Positions 30,127-40,901 are shown, numbered from the stretch's first letter. The stretch is 64,000 nt of DNA from an uncultured virus (IMG/VR IMGVR_UViG_2645727852_000004) (IMGVR_UViG_2645727852_000004); one strand, 5' to 3'. Notes: generated by a model not told the origin, from the sequence alone. A program made the numbers and translations.

Positions 30127-30948
30127 ATGAATGGATGGATAAAACTTCACAGGAAAGTCATCGAAAGCCCTGTCTATCAGGATCCTTTTCTTTTTCGCTT
30201 ATGGACAATTTGCTTGATGAAAGCTGCTCATAAATCTACGAAACAACTGGTCGATAAAACGGAAATTCAACTGCTACCAGGACAATTTATCACCGGAAGA
30301 TTTGCCTTGGAAGAAGAGTACAATCGAGGACTAAAGCCGAAACAAAAGGTGCCTGGGACCACTTTATGGTCTTGGTTAAAGCGCTTAGAAACATGGGGAA
30401 ATCTTAACATAGAATCTAACAACAAATTTTCGGTTGTAACCCTTACGAATTGGGACTTTTACCAAGGTAAGGAAGAAGAACCTGACAACAACTTTGACAG
30501 CTCTTTGACAGCAACTTGTCAGCAACTTGTCACAAACAAGAATTTAAGAATTAAAGAATTTAATAATAATACTACTCCTACTCATACAGAGGCGCACGTA
30601 AAAGAAAATCCAATTGCTGTTTATGAACAGGAGATAGGGAGATTCACAGACACCATTCGAGACAAGATGATTGACTGGTTAGATAATGACTACTTCGACG
30701 AACCGGAAGCGATTATGATAGCTGCCATTCAAGAAGCTGCTATTTACGAGAAACGCTCTTGGGCCTATCTGGAAAGAATCCTTCAGGAGTGCTTAAACAA
30801 AAACATACGTACTGTTGAACAGTTCCGACAAAAGAAAGCGGAAGCAGCTGCGGAAAAAGAGAAAAAGCTAGTTCGATTACCGAAGGAGGAACGGGATGAA
30901 AAGCGTGAGGGAATTCCTTCAGAAACCAAATATGATTATGGATTCTAA
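30127..30948 (+). CDS. Replication initiator with DnaD domain
   Basis: MNGWIKLHRK N-terminus; C-terminal WAYLERIL...IRTVEQ. Confidence 0.85.
   Translation: MNGWIKLHRKVIESPVYQDPFLFRLWTICLMKAAHKSTKQLVDKTEIQLLPGQFITGRFALEEEYNRGLKPKQKVPGTTLWSWLKRLETWGNLNIESNNKFSVVTLTNWDFYQGKEEEPDNNFDSSLTATCQQLVTNKNLRIKEFNNNTTPTHTEAHVKENPIAVYEQEIGRFTDTIRDKMIDWLDNDYFDEPEAIMIAAIQEAAIYEKRSWAYLERILQECLNKNIRTVEQFRQKKAEAAAEKEKKLVRLPKEERDEKREGIPSETKYDYGF
30481..30570. repeat. Putative phage origin iterons
   Basis: TTTGACAGC x2 and CAGCAACTTGTCA x2, then an AT-rich tract, inside the initiator gene. Confidence 0.6.
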
Positions 30949-31627
30949 GGCGCTGGAAGACTTCAGACGGCAACGCGAAGAAGAAGACCGGGCACTGGTA
31001 CAACAAATCTTAAAAGACAATGCGGCAGCCAAACGGGCGAAGCTACAACGTATTTTTGATGAAAACAGCCTGATACCCAAAAAACTATTACCGGCCACTT
31101 TCGATAACTACCGACCAGGAAATAAAAGTCAAGTATGGGCTAAGCAGAAGTGCTGGGAATATGCGGATTTCTTTGACCCAGAAGAATCAAGCAACTTGCT
31201 TATGACTGGACCTTATGGTGTCGGAAAATCGCATCTAGCAAAGTCTATTCAGAATCGGTTGATTGAAAACGGATATACCTGCATTTACATCTCGACACCG
31301 AAGCTGCTCACAAAAATCAGGTCCACGTACAACCGTGAAAGCGAGTATAGCGAGTTGGAATTGTTGGAAGTAATCGAGCAAGTAGATTGCTTGGTGCTAG
31401 ACGATATCGGTGCAGAGAATGGCACAGATTGGACAGAATCCAAGGTGTTTGAAGTGGTGGAAAGCCGACTTGGGAAACACACGATTTACACCACGAACCT
31501 GAGTGGTAAGCAGCTTGAAAAACAAATTGGTGAGCGAAACATGTCGCGCTTGATGCAGGACACAGAAACACTTCAGGTAATCGGTGAAGATTATCGACGC
31601 CGTGGACTGAGGAGGGCAGGCGAATGA
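30896..31627 (+). CDS. DnaC/IstB-like helicase loader
   Basis: GPYGVGKS, LVLDDIG, YTTNL. Confidence 0.9.
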   Translation: MKSVREFLQKPNMIMDSKALEDFRRQREEEDRALVQQILKDNAAAKRAKLQRIFDENSLIPKKLLPATFDNYRPGNKSQVWAKQKCWEYADFFDPEESSNLLMTGPYGVGKSHLAKSIQNRLIENGYTCIYISTPKLLTKIRSTYNRESEYSELELLEVIEQVDCLVLDDIGAENGTDWTESKVFEVVESRLGKHTIYTTNLSGKQLEKQIGERNMSRLMQDTETLQVIGEDYRRRGLRRAGE

Positions 31628-33033
31628 GTGATGTAAATCAAGACACTTCCCTTCTTGTCGAACCGGAAGCTGAGGAACAGGTCCTCGCCCGGATGCTGAG
31701 CGACGATCAGGCCATTGAAGAAGTAGCCGGATTTCTGCTCCCATGCCATTTCTACACCAGTAAATACCGGAAGCTGTACAAGGAGGCACTAAGACGCTGG
31801 GAAGGTGGCGAAGAGCCTGCGAACCTAGCAAACATGTTGCCGATGATGGAAAAGCTCGGTGTCGATGTGATGAAGCTTACAAACATGGCAATCGATATCG
31901 CTATCTGGGAAATGAAGCCACTGGCTGAGCGTCTAGTGCAGGCAGACGGTGTACGTAAGGCCATGAAAGCAGGATATGAGCTTATTCAGATGGCAAACAT
32001 GAGCCGGATGCTGGACTCTGATGAAATCCAGCGCACGATTACCAAGGCCACAGAAACGCTCGCCGAAATTGGCGAGAGTCAAGCGAAAAACACTATGCGC
32101 TCGGTACATGACATTCTGATGGAGCATACGGACGAGCTCGAACAAACCATCTGGGGTGACGAAGAAAGCGAAGTCGTGGGACCTAGCATCATGACAGGTA
32201 TGCCTGATTTAGNCCATCTGACGAAGAAAGCGAAGTCGTGGGACCTAGCATCATGACAGGTATGCCTGATTTAGACGAACTGACAAACGGCTATAAGGCG
32301 CCTGAATTAATCGTCATTGCAGCACGACCATCTGTAGGAAAAACGGCTTTTGCTAACCAGCAGGCACTTAATATCGCTGAGAAGTACGCAGAAAAAGGCC
32401 CTGTTGCTCTCTTCTCACTGGAGATGGCTGCTGAGGAGCTGGTAACCCGGATGCTTGGTAACCTGGCTCACTTGGAGGGATTAGGTAACCGAAAGCTGAC
32501 CGACGAGGAATACAACAAATACACCATGGCTGTTGGTCTTCTGGCAAACCATAACATCATGATTGATGATGAGCCGAAACAGACTGTCTCCAAAATCAGA
32601 GCAAAGGCTCGGCGGTTACAGAAAGAGCAAGGTTTATCAGCTATCTTTATNTTCATCACCTGTGAAGGGCATGAACCGAGCTGACGTTGTTAGTGAGAAT
32701 ACGAAGGCACTAAAGAACATGGCGAAGGAGCTCGGCGTACCCGTTATCGCACTTGCCCAGGTAGGCAGACAGGTCGAACAGAGAGCCGACAAACGCCCGA
32801 TGATGTCAGACCTTCGAGAGTCTGGGGAAATTGAGCAGACGGCCGACAAAATTATGTTTCTGTACCGGGATGAATACTACAACCGGGATACAGAGAAGAA
32901 AAGCATCCTAGAGGTCGACTTGGCAAAGAATCGGAACGGAGCCACTGGAAAACGCGAGCTTTGCTTTATCAAGGAGTATGGGAAAATTCGGAGCTTGGAG
33001 GTACAACATGCTGAGCAGTTGGCAATTGTTTAA
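31624..33033 (+). CDS. dnaB: DnaB-like replicative helicase, split by assembly gaps
   Basis: AARPSVGKT, FSLEM, SDLRESGEIEQTAD, AKNRNG; breaks coincide with N at 32213 and 32651. Confidence 0.88.
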
Positions 33034-33357
33034 CGAGGTGGGGATGGCGTAATGATATGCCGGGTGTTGTTTCCTGAAAAAGCACGGGCCATTGATTTAT
33101 CAGTTTCCCTGGCAAGCTTAGCAACACAGCTCATGAAGGCAGAAACCCACCAGCGACGCGTAACAGGGATACGGTTTAACAAGCAGGATAAAGCCATTGA
33201 GGTTGAACTGGAGGAGATACCGGATGGAAAAGAAACGTCGGAAGCCACAACCTAGCTCACGGCCAGTATTGTTGCCAAGGAAAGTCACGGATTGGATTCA
33301 AAACAATAGCACAATCGGCAGAACGAACGAGAATGCACTCGGCGGTGGCCGGCTGGC

Positions 33358-33669
33358 ATGGAACGGGAGGAAGTAAACATGAACAAAAAGCAAATGCGCG
33401 ACACAAACGCACTTTTAAAGCTTGAAAATATCGCACTGAAAGAGCAGTTAGCTGAATGGCAAGCCAAGTATGAGCGAGTTTTTCGGGAGTCTGCTCGAAA
33501 AGAGATTCAGCTTTCTAGGCAAATCTATTTCCTTGAGGAAGAGCTACGAAAGGCCAGCGGAGCCACAACGGAGCAAAGCGGCCTAGTTGATGCATATCGA
33601 AAAGTGTTGAGCAATGAGTTAGGCCAACAACAGCCGACGCCAGTACACATTCTCTGGACGGGGGTTTAG
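33358..33669 (+). CDS. Hypothetical coiled-coil protein
   Basis: Co-oriented ORF in the operon. Confidence 0.55.
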   Translation: MEREEVNMNKKQMRDTNALLKLENIALKEQLAEWQAKYERVFRESARKEIQLSRQIYFLEEELRKASGATTEQSGLVDAYRKVLSNELGQQQPTPVHILWTGV

Positions 33670-33672
33670 CAG

Positions 33673-34203
33673 GTGACACGCTATGTTGGCATTGACCCGA
33701 GTACCAAAACCGGAATCGTTGCTCTCTCGCCTTCAGGGAGGACGCTAGACGCTCGGGAGATAGAGGGGAAGGGCGAAGACCCACGGCGTATGTACAGCAT
33801 CATACAGGCTGTTTCCCGGGCCATTCAGCCAGACGATATTATCTGCATTGAGGGATTCGGATTTGCTTCACAGTCAGGCTTTTTGCTCGGTGGCATCGGT
33901 TGGGGAGTTCGGATGGAGTTGTATCGCCGCGGTATCCCTTATCAAGAAGTATCGCCAAACGGACTGAAGAAATTCACGGGAGCTGGGGGAACGGCTAGCA
34001 AAGCCGAGGTTGCTGTAGAGACATTCAAGCGCTGGGGTTTTCAGTGCAAAAGCGACAACGTGACAGATGCTTACGTACTTGCCCAGATAGCTAGGGCGAT
34101 GCATAAAGATATAAAAATCACCAAGTTTCAGCAGGAAGTTATTAACGTGATTCGCAATCCACAAACAAAATCTAAGAAGAAAAAGGAGAATAAAACAAGA
34201 TGA
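33673..34203 (+). CDS. RuvC-like Holliday junction resolvase
   Basis: VGIDPS, IEG, LKKFTG, DNVTDA. Confidence 0.8.
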   Translation: MTRYVGIDPSTKTGIVALSPSGRTLDAREIEGKGEDPRRMYSIIQAVSRAIQPDDIICIEGFGFASQSGFLLGGIGWGVRMELYRRGIPYQEVSPNGLKKFTGAGGTASKAEVAVETFKRWGFQCKSDNVTDAYVLAQIARAMHKDIKITKFQQEVINVIRNPQTKSKKKKENKTR

Positions 34204-34811
34204 ATAGTGAATTTCGTGCACATGTAGCTGGTTTGAATACAACGGACAAGAAAATAAAGTTAACGCTGGAACTAGATGCGGAGATTAACCCAAACGCTCT
34301 TTTCTCGGTTCACCAAATGGTAGGCGAGAAGGTAATTGTTAACATGGGAAGCCCTCAAATGTCAATGAACTTCGATGAGCCTGAGAATGAAGAGATGCAT
34401 CTTGAACAGCCAGCGGGAATCAAGTATGAAACGGACTCTTCTGGGGTTGTAGTGAATATGTTCCCGTTACCGGAGCCAACTCAGGAAGAAAAACAGGAGC
34501 CAGCGGCAGAGGGTGAGACAGTTATCGAGGGCGAGTTTACCGTGGTTACAGAAGACAAAGAAAAAAAAGAACAAGAGCGGGACAACACCGAACAAGGGCC
34601 GACAGAGGAGGAAGTCGAGGAGTACATACTCAGCGGCAAGGCTCCGATTTATGAGGATATTCCGTTCGACTTTCCGGAACTGCTCCACAAGAAAAGAAGC
34701 GGTACGACCTGGACGAAGATGGCGATGCAACTGGACACTTCGCTTGGTAAGCTGACACGCAGTTTCAAGGAATATAAGGACCGTGTAGCAAAGGAAATGC
34801 CAACGGCTTAA
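34200..34811 (+). CDS. Hypothetical acidic phage protein
   Basis: ATGA overlap; 203 aa. Confidence 0.7.
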   Translation: MNSEFRAHVAGLNTTDKKIKLTLELDAEINPNALFSVHQMVGEKVIVNMGSPQMSMNFDEPENEEMHLEQPAGIKYETDSSGVVVNMFPLPEPTQEEKQEPAAEGETVIEGEFTVVTEDKEKKEQERDNTEQGPTEEEVEEYILSGKAPIYEDIPFDFPELLHKKRSGTTWTKMAMQLDTSLGKLTRSFKEYKDRVAKEMPTA

Positions 34812-34864
34812 TAATCGGTTGCCCGCCGGGGAGACTCGGTGGGTGGCCTAAGGAGGAAGAAGCA

Positions 34865-35965
34865 ATGAGAATGCTTGACCTTTTCTCTGGCATCGGTGGC
34901 ATTTCTCTTGCTGCTGATTGGGCTGGGATAGAAACAGTTGCTTTTTGCGAAATTGAGCCATTTCCTCAGAAGGTACTACGGAAGAATTGGCCAGAGGTCC
35001 CTATTTTCGAAGATGTAACGAAACTATCAAAGCAAACACTAACGGAAGCCGGGGTGATAGATAATGACCACTCAATTGACATTATTTGCGGAGGATACCC
35101 TTGTCAGCCTTTCAGTAATGCCGGGAAGCGACAAGGCCAGGCAGACGACCGCCATCTCTGGCCGGAAATGTTTAGACTTGTGCGGGAACTCCGGCCCACT
35201 TGGGTTGTTGGAGAAAATGTTGCTGGACACATCAGCTTGGGCCTCGATGATGTACTTGCTGACTTGGAAAGCGAAGGCTACCAAGCAAGGGCGTTTGTAC
35301 TTCCAGCTGCAGCCGTCCAAGCCCCTCATCGAAGAGATAGAGTATTCGTTGTGGGCTACTCCGAATGCAAGCGATTCAGTAGGCAGCCACGGAGGAGGGC
35401 AGGGCAAGTCACTAAGAACGGACATTCACAATTTAAAGAAAGGGATATGGCCTACCCCAACAAACAGTATGATGACGATGGGAGATGTACAGCAAGCGAG
35501 ATATTCAGGGAACGACAAGCGCAGACCATCTTATCAGGAAGCAAACAAAGCATGGCCAACTCCGACAGTGAACGGAAATCACAATCGGAAAGGTATATCG
35601 AAGACTTCGGGAGACGGATTATCGACAGCGGTCAAGGCATGGCCTACACCAGCGGCACAGGATGGGAAGAACAGCACGCTTCCTCCGAGTCAAATCGATC
35701 GAGATACAGTTCCGGGAGCATTAATGAGAGAAGGACAACAAGGACAACTCAATCCGGAATGGGTGGAGCGCCTGATGGGCTTTCCGATTGGTTGGACGGA
35801 TATAAGTGGCCTGCAGGATATGGACAAGAGCAATATGGATGGGAGCCTCCTCGAGTAGCTATAGGGGTTAAAGACAGAGTTGGAAGATTGAAAGGGCTTG
35901 GTAATGCGGTTGTTCCACATCAGATATATCCGATATTCGCGGCGATTGTTGCGATAGAGTCGTAG
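34865..35965 (+). CDS. C5 cytosine methyltransferase, alpha chain
   Basis: DLFSGIGG, GGYPCQPFS, ENV, HRRDRVF, LGNAV; motif IX not evident in this frame. Confidence 0.92.
   Translation: MRMLDLFSGIGGISLAADWAGIETVAFCEIEPFPQKVLRKNWPEVPIFEDVTKLSKQTLTEAGVIDNDHSIDIICGGYPCQPFSNAGKRQGQADDRHLWPEMFRLVRELRPTWVVGENVAGHISLGLDDVLADLESEGYQARAFVLPAAAVQAPHRRDRVFVVGYSECKRFSRQPRRRAGQVTKNGHSQFKERDMAYPNKQYDDDGRCTASEIFRERQAQTILSGSKQSMANSDSERKSQSERYIEDFGRRIIDSGQGMAYTSGTGWEEQHASSESNRSRYSSGSINERRTTRTTQSGMGGAPDGLSDWLDGYKWPAGYGQEQYGWEPPRVAIGVKDRVGRLKGLGNAVVPHQIYPIFAAIVAIES
35064..35858 (+). CDS. Overprinted methyltransferase beta chain
   Basis: Own RBS GGGGTG; four W(P/A)TP units and LNPEWVERLMGFPIGWT. Confidence 0.75.
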   Translation: MTTQLTLFAEDTLVSLSVMPGSDKARQTTAISGRKCLDLCGNSGPLGLLEKMLLDTSAWASMMYLLTWKAKATKQGRLYFQLQPSKPLIEEIEYSLWATPNASDSVGSHGGGQGKSLRTDIHNLKKGIWPTPTNSMMTMGDVQQARYSGNDKRRPSYQEANKAWPTPTVNGNHNRKGISKTSGDGLSTAVKAWPTPAAQDGKNSTLPPSQIDRDTVPGALMREGQQGQLNPEWVERLMGFPIGWTDISGLQDMDKSNMDGSLLE

Positions 35966-35983
35966 TTACGATAAGGAGGGCAA

Positions 35984-36259
35984 ATGATGAGCGGAGATAA
36001 GCGTGAAAAGAAACCAGGCGAAGCTTACATGCAAAAAGAAAGAAAAAACATCTATATGGCTTGTGAAGATTATGACTTCTGCTGGGGAAGAGATGAAGTC
36101 AAACAGTTTCGGAAGATGTGGGAAGCAGGAGAATCCTTGATAGACATATCTAAAGTACTTGGTAGGCATGTAAATGAAGTAGCCATATTGGTGATTGATC
36201 AGGCTGAGAAAAAGAAAATTAAAGTGCACGGCAGTAAGGGATACGGACAAGCTGTATAG
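35984..36259 (+). CDS. Small HTH-like phage protein
   Basis: RBS AAGGAGG; MWEAGESLIDISKVLGR. Confidence 0.65.
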   Translation: MMSGDKREKKPGEAYMQKERKNIYMACEDYDFCWGRDEVKQFRKMWEAGESLIDISKVLGRHVNEVAILVIDQAEKKKIKVHGSKGYGQAV

Positions 36260-36289
36260 CGCACTACGGCCATATTACGAAATGGGGTA

Positions 36290-36574
36290 ATGACATTGGG
36301 ATACAGCTTGATTCTTCAAGAAGTAGAGCGTCTATATAAGGAACGTCACTACGAATACGGAAATATCATCTCGTTACAGCACGTATCCGAAAAATTGAAA
36401 ATGAAATGTGGAATGAGTGATAAAGGGATTCGGGAGTTTTGGGAGCAGCTATTTAAGGACTCCGACATGAAATATAAGTATACCTTTGTTACCTTACCTA
36501 AGTGGTCTGGAAATCATACTTATTTCCAAATATGTAACCAGCCTTTCTCGCATTTCATAATTCAGTTTGAGTAA
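36290..36574 (+). CDS. Hypothetical protein
   Basis: Co-oriented ORF. Confidence 0.5.
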   Translation: MTLGYSLILQEVERLYKERHYEYGNIISLQHVSEKLKMKCGMSDKGIREFWEQLFKDSDMKYKYTFVTLPKWSGNHTYFQICNQPFSHFIIQFE

Positions 36575-36874
36575 TACAATTTCGCAAAACAGCACATATT
36601 GCGCAATAAAAAAGGCCGACACGGGTCGGCAATTGGAGATGGTTTGTGGGAAAAAATTCACATCTTCAATATACCATATTCAGGAAAATGGGTAAATAAG
36701 GAAATTGATAGGAAGACATAAAAAAGAGCCAGTCTAAATGACTGGCCAAATAAAAAAATCTATGAAGTATGCTGAGGACTTGGGGGGTGAACGTCAAGTC
36801 TCATAAGGAATATAGCACAAGCCTATGAACGGATGAAATAGAACATATGGAAATGTAAGAAGAATGTAAGGAGG

Positions 36875-37075
36875 ATGAATCACATGCCTAAATACGAGTT
36901 TCGAGTCAGCACAGGATATGTCGGTTGCAAAAGAACTGAAATCGTGGAAATTGATGAAGATGACCTGACGGGTAAGACGGAAGAAGAAATAGAGGAGTAT
37001 GTTGAAAAGGAATGGGCTCAGTGGGTCTGGGAAAACATCGATGGCGGATTTTCGAAGGTGGAGGATGAGGAGTAA
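36875..37075 (+). CDS. Hypothetical acidic phage protein
   Basis: RBS AAGGAGG. Confidence 0.6.
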   Translation: MNHMPKYEFRVSTGYVGCKRTEIVEIDEDDLTGKTEEEIEEYVEKEWAQWVWENIDGGFSKVEDEE

Positions 37076-37248
37076 TGAAGCTTGCTTTGAAAGAGGATTT
37101 ACAGCAACAAATGATTGCTATAGCAGTTCTGGATATGCTGGAACAAGGCGAAAAGGTACATGACATTGCTGACGTAACACAAAAAATTGTTGGTGAAGTT
37201 TGGTACGGATATATAGCACAACAAAACGAAAAGAAGGGGTGAGAGGAA

Positions 37249-37614
37249 ATGAAAGCAGGCCGTGAATTAGATATTGTTGTTGCTGAGAAGGTTATGGGTT
37301 GGGTTGTTGATGGAGACATTATCGAAAACGCAGACTTTGACGAACAGGGAAGATGTACTTTCCCCTCTGGCGATTACCTAATGAATAAAGAAACGAGAGA
37401 ACCTTTACCTAACTACTCAACCAATATAGCAGATGCTTGGGAAGTAGTTGAGCAGTTAAACGACACAGAAAGTTATCTAGATATTAAAATCCAAAGTTGC
37501 ATTGATGGCTGGTTCGTAGACTATTGCAACGAACGAACTGTTGCAGAAACAGCACCACATGCTATATGCCTTGCAGCATTAAAAGCTGTTGGATGGGAGG
37601 GTGAGGGGAAATGA
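37249..37614 (+). CDS. Phage ABA-sandwich-type protein
   Basis: VAEKVMGW...YSTNIADAWEVVE...AICLAALK. Confidence 0.7.
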   Translation: MKAGRELDIVVAEKVMGWVVDGDIIENADFDEQGRCTFPSGDYLMNKETREPLPNYSTNIADAWEVVEQLNDTESYLDIKIQSCIDGWFVDYCNERTVAETAPHAICLAALKAVGWEGEGK

Positions 37615-38069
37615 AAGTCATATCTATCATTCAGCCGTGGGCCACGTTAATTGCTCTGGGTGAGAAGAAGTTTGAAACAAGGTCATGGAGCACCAAATAT
37701 CGTGGAGAGCTGGCAATTCATTCGAGTAAAAAGGTAGACAAAGAGGCATGCAGATTCGAACCGATTCGTTCTGTGCTTACTAAACATGGCTATGATGAAT
37801 CAAACCTACCAACGGGGGTTATTCTTGCAACATGTCAGTTATCAAATTGTTTCAAAGTATTTGCTGATAAAGGCACATCAGCTGCATTAGAGGCTGGACG
37901 CATGGGACGTATTGTTGAGGGCGATGAGTATAAATTCGGTGATTATAGCGAAGGACGATTTGCTTGGGAGCTGCGGGACGTAAACGCTCTGTATGAACCT
38001 ATTCCGGCAAAAGGAAAACTAAATTTGTGGGAGCATCCTCTCACAGAAATGGTAGGTGAGACGCAATGA
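37611..38069 (+). CDS. ASCH domain protein
   Basis: ISIIQPWATLIALGEKKFETRSW. Confidence 0.88.
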   Translation: MKVISIIQPWATLIALGEKKFETRSWSTKYRGELAIHSSKKVDKEACRFEPIRSVLTKHGYDESNLPTGVILATCQLSNCFKVFADKGTSAALEAGRMGRIVEGDEYKFGDYSEGRFAWELRDVNALYEPIPAKGKLNLWEHPLTEMVGETQ

Positions 38070-38632
38070 AAACACACGAGCTGAAAACTGAACCTCCATA
38101 CTTTCAGGCGGTGCTAGACGGACGTAAACGGTTCGAGATTCGACACAATTATAGGGATTTTGAAGAAGGAGACAAGCTGTTGCTGAAAGAGTATGACGCT
38201 GACGTACATGTCTTTACAGGGCGTAAAGTAAAAGTGACGGTCACGTATATAACTGAATACGCACAGCAACCTGGATATGTAGTATTGAGCATCCGCAAGA
38301 ACGGCGGAATGAACGACGTGGAGTTAAGTGATATCGAGGAACGGTTGAATGAGACTACACAGGGTGAATGGTTTCGGTATCACGATGAAGGGGCTCCGAT
38401 GAACATTATCGGTACTTTCGTAGATGGCGAGGAAAAAGGCATTGGTGAGTTTTATCATGATGAGGATGTCGATTTCATTGTAAATGCACCAAACGATATG
38501 CGCCGACTGCTGGATGAGGTTGAACGGTTGAGAAAGGAAAATGCCATACTTAAATCCCAAAAAGTGAGACAGTTAACAAACGATATATGCGATAGGAATA
38601 ACAAAGGGATGCAAAAATTATCTTCCGAATAA
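38066..38632 (+). CDS. ASCH/PUA (DUF3850-like) fusion protein
   Basis: HELKTEPPYFQAVLDGRKRFEIR. Confidence 0.75.
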   Translation: MKTHELKTEPPYFQAVLDGRKRFEIRHNYRDFEEGDKLLLKEYDADVHVFTGRKVKVTVTYITEYAQQPGYVVLSIRKNGGMNDVELSDIEERLNETTQGEWFRYHDEGAPMNIIGTFVDGEEKGIGEFYHDEDVDFIVNAPNDMRRLLDEVERLRKENAILKSQKVRQLTNDICDRNNKGMQKLSSE

Positions 38633-38731
38633 AAAACACCCTCTCTGGATTCGCGGTCCGGGGAGGGAGTCTCTGCTTTGGTAGCAATATTACTGGTTAT
38701 CAATATTCTACCATGAGCAGGGGGAGTCGTC

Positions 38732-39389
38732 ATGAATAAACATGTGTTTTTGGAAGAAGTATGCGCTAAGTGTCCAGGTTCACAGTGGGGAAAGTCAGCC
38801 ATGTGCCGTATTCATGACATGCATATCGGCAAAGTACAGCCCCCAGTGGGAAGGGCATCAGGTGGCACAAGAGGAAGCATACCAGGAGCAACTTGCGTGG
38901 TGTGAATTAGAACCTGCCTTGGAAGCTATCCAACGCGTAGAACAGGATCTGCGTGATTACCACTGGATGGCGAAAGAGATTCAGGATATACAGCATTGGG
39001 ATAAGCATCAAAAGCAATATCCGAGAGAGGTATGGGAGAGTCTGGTGGGAGCTGGTACGGCACAGTATGGTATTGAGGCATCGTTACCGAAGGCGAAAGG
39101 CGTAAATTCGGACGCAACATATAGAGAGGCACAAAAGCTCCTACGGAAATGGGAGCGCATGAAACGGTATGAGCGCAAGGTGAAGAAACTAGAGGCTTCT
39201 GTGGCTACGTTACAGGACGAGAGAGAGCGAGCAGTAGCCGAGGGAATACTAGACGGCTTGAAGATGTATGAAATTGCTCAGCAGCTTGATGTGACCCGTC
39301 AGACGGTCGATAGGATTCGTCGGTCGATGATTCGCAATTTGGCGTGGGATATGTATGAAGATGAAGTAAGGAAAGGCCTGTCGGCATAG
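38732..39389 (+). CDS. Putative late transcription activator (frameshift near 38830)
   Basis: C-terminal sigma4/LuxR-like HTH; last early gene; RBS GGGGGAG before ATG 38732; Cys-rich N-terminus lies in another frame. Confidence 0.7.
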
Positions 39390-39392
39390 CGG

Positions 39393-39511
39393 CGGGCTTT
39401 TTGTGTTACATATGTTACATTGTGAGTCATATGAAACTTTATGTTACACGTGTTACGATTTTTGTGGGAGAGGATTAGAGCGTGTTATGCTGGACGCAGG
39501 GAAAGATAAGC
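39393..39511 (+). promoter_or_regulatory. Late promoter module A, copy 1
   Basis: Tandem TGTTACA repeats then extended -10 TGTTATGCT; near-duplicate at 44208-44325. Confidence 0.65.
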
Positions 39512-39595
39512 AAAGTACTTGTTTCTGAGAAGTGACCTATATTTATAAAAAATAATATTCACCTGTTTATTCCTATATAGATCTTGTTTAAGCCA

Positions 39596-40123
39596 TTAAC
39601 TTATACATCCAATTCGTTTTAAAACACGTTCATGATTAGCGTGCATAAATAGAAGAAACTTTTGTACTGCTTGTTCAATCTCCGATTGATTTTTATGAAA
39701 TACATTGGAAATGATAGAGTCCTTTAGCCAACGCCAGAGTTTCTCAATCGGATTTAGCTGCGGTGAGTACGGTGGTAAAAACAACAAGTATAGTTGGTGG
39801 CGGTGCTCTTCTAAAAAAGCACGAAGTAATTTAGCCCGATGGATGCGTGCATTATCCATGATCATAATGACAAATTTACCTGCATACCGAGTGACCACTT
39901 TCTTTAAAAACAGTAAAAAGGAAGCCGCATCACAGGAAGAAGCTGTTGTACAAAAGACATCACCGCTATGAATATCAACCGTTCCAAACAAGGTAACCTG
40001 AGCGTGATGGCCATAGGTAGGGATTTGTTTTTGTTGTCCCTTTTCCGACCATGTAGCCCGTAGGGCTTGATACGAACGGATATGTGTTTCATCCTGTGCA
40101 AGCAGCACTGTGTTTTTGTCCAT
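39596..40123 (-). CDS. IS630 transposase, DDE part
   Basis: QDET, MDNARIH, LPPYSPQLNPIE. Confidence 0.9.
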   Translation of the reverse strand: MDKNTVLLAQDETHIRSYQALRATWSEKGQQKQIPTYGHHAQVTLFGTVDIHSGDVFCTTASSCDAASFLLFLKKVVTRYAGKFVIMIMDNARIHRAKLLRAFLEEHRHQLYLLFLPPYSPQLNPIEKLWRWLKDSIISNVFHKNQSEIEQAVQKFLLFMHANHERVLKRIGCIS

Positions 40124-40653
40124 TAAGTTTTTTTTATTGTCTCTAATTGATGAAGAAATGCTTGTTGTTTTTCTGGATTCGCCTTAGCTAATACATACGT
40201 AGTTCGCTTCCAGCGGAACCCCATACGGATAAGCATATCTCGAATTCCCGGACGAGACATGGTGATGGAGAAACGTTTCTCTATCCATTTTTGAAGTAAA
40301 CGGGTATCCCAAGATTCAACCGGTTCAATCCCTTCTCTTGCAGGTGTGCTTTCTTGCATAACATGCTTCACTTCTTCTTGCTCATGTGGAGACAAAAGAG
40401 GACGGTTTCCCGGAGGGAAATCTCGATGAAGAAGAGTAGAAAGCCCACCTTCTTGAAACAATTTGACATAGGTAGAGACGGATTGACGACAAATCCCTAC
40501 TATCTGAGCGATTTCAATCGCTTGATATCCTTCCATTACCAGCCGAACGGCTGTAACACGTTGTTTTAAGAATACATCTTTCATCTTTTGCTCTTCTTTG
40601 AGAAGGCTTTCAGCTGTGAAACCATGTGTATTTGTAATTGTAAGTTTTCTCAT
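40123..40653 (-). CDS. IS630 transposase, HTH part
   Basis: Winged HTH; ends in an A-run followed by a TAATG junction. Confidence 0.88.
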   Translation of the reverse strand: MRKLTITNTHGFTAESLLKEEQKMKDVFLKQRVTAVRLVMEGYQAIEIAQIVGICRQSVSTYVKLFQEGGLSTLLHRDFPPGNRPLLSPHEQEEVKHVMQESTPAREGIEPVESWDTRLLQKWIEKRFSITMSRPGIRDMLIRMGFRWKRTTYVLAKANPEKQQAFLHQLETIKKT

Positions 40654-40901
40654 CTAATACCGCTCCTTTTTTATGTTCGTAGGAGTCAGTATTGCCAAAA
40701 AATCATTATGTTAAAACTTTAGTCAATGCCTATATAATATTTGTTGATTATAACTTTAAATGAAAATGCTAGACCTAAAGGAGTATTTTACAATAAAGAC
40801 ATCAAATGTAAGTATTTTACTTCATTTGTTAATTGATGGATATTTGTGTGTTTGATAGAATCTGGATGTGTTAGTCAATTAACTATTTAAGGAGGAAAAG
40901 T

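Larger units (their letters stand above)
39576..40734 (-). mobile_element. IS630-family insertion sequence
   Basis: Two ORFs, TA duplication, imperfect TIRs TATAGATCTTG / TATAGGCATTG. Confidence 0.88.

Noticed and set aside
29968..30948. 326-aa fused replication protein
   Set aside because: The fusion results from the upstream frameshift; the initiator starts at 30127.
32147..32274. ~60-bp tandem duplication and three-part dnaB, possible intein or programmed split
   Set aside because: Both breaks sit exactly at N bases (32213, 32651), so they are scaffold joins.
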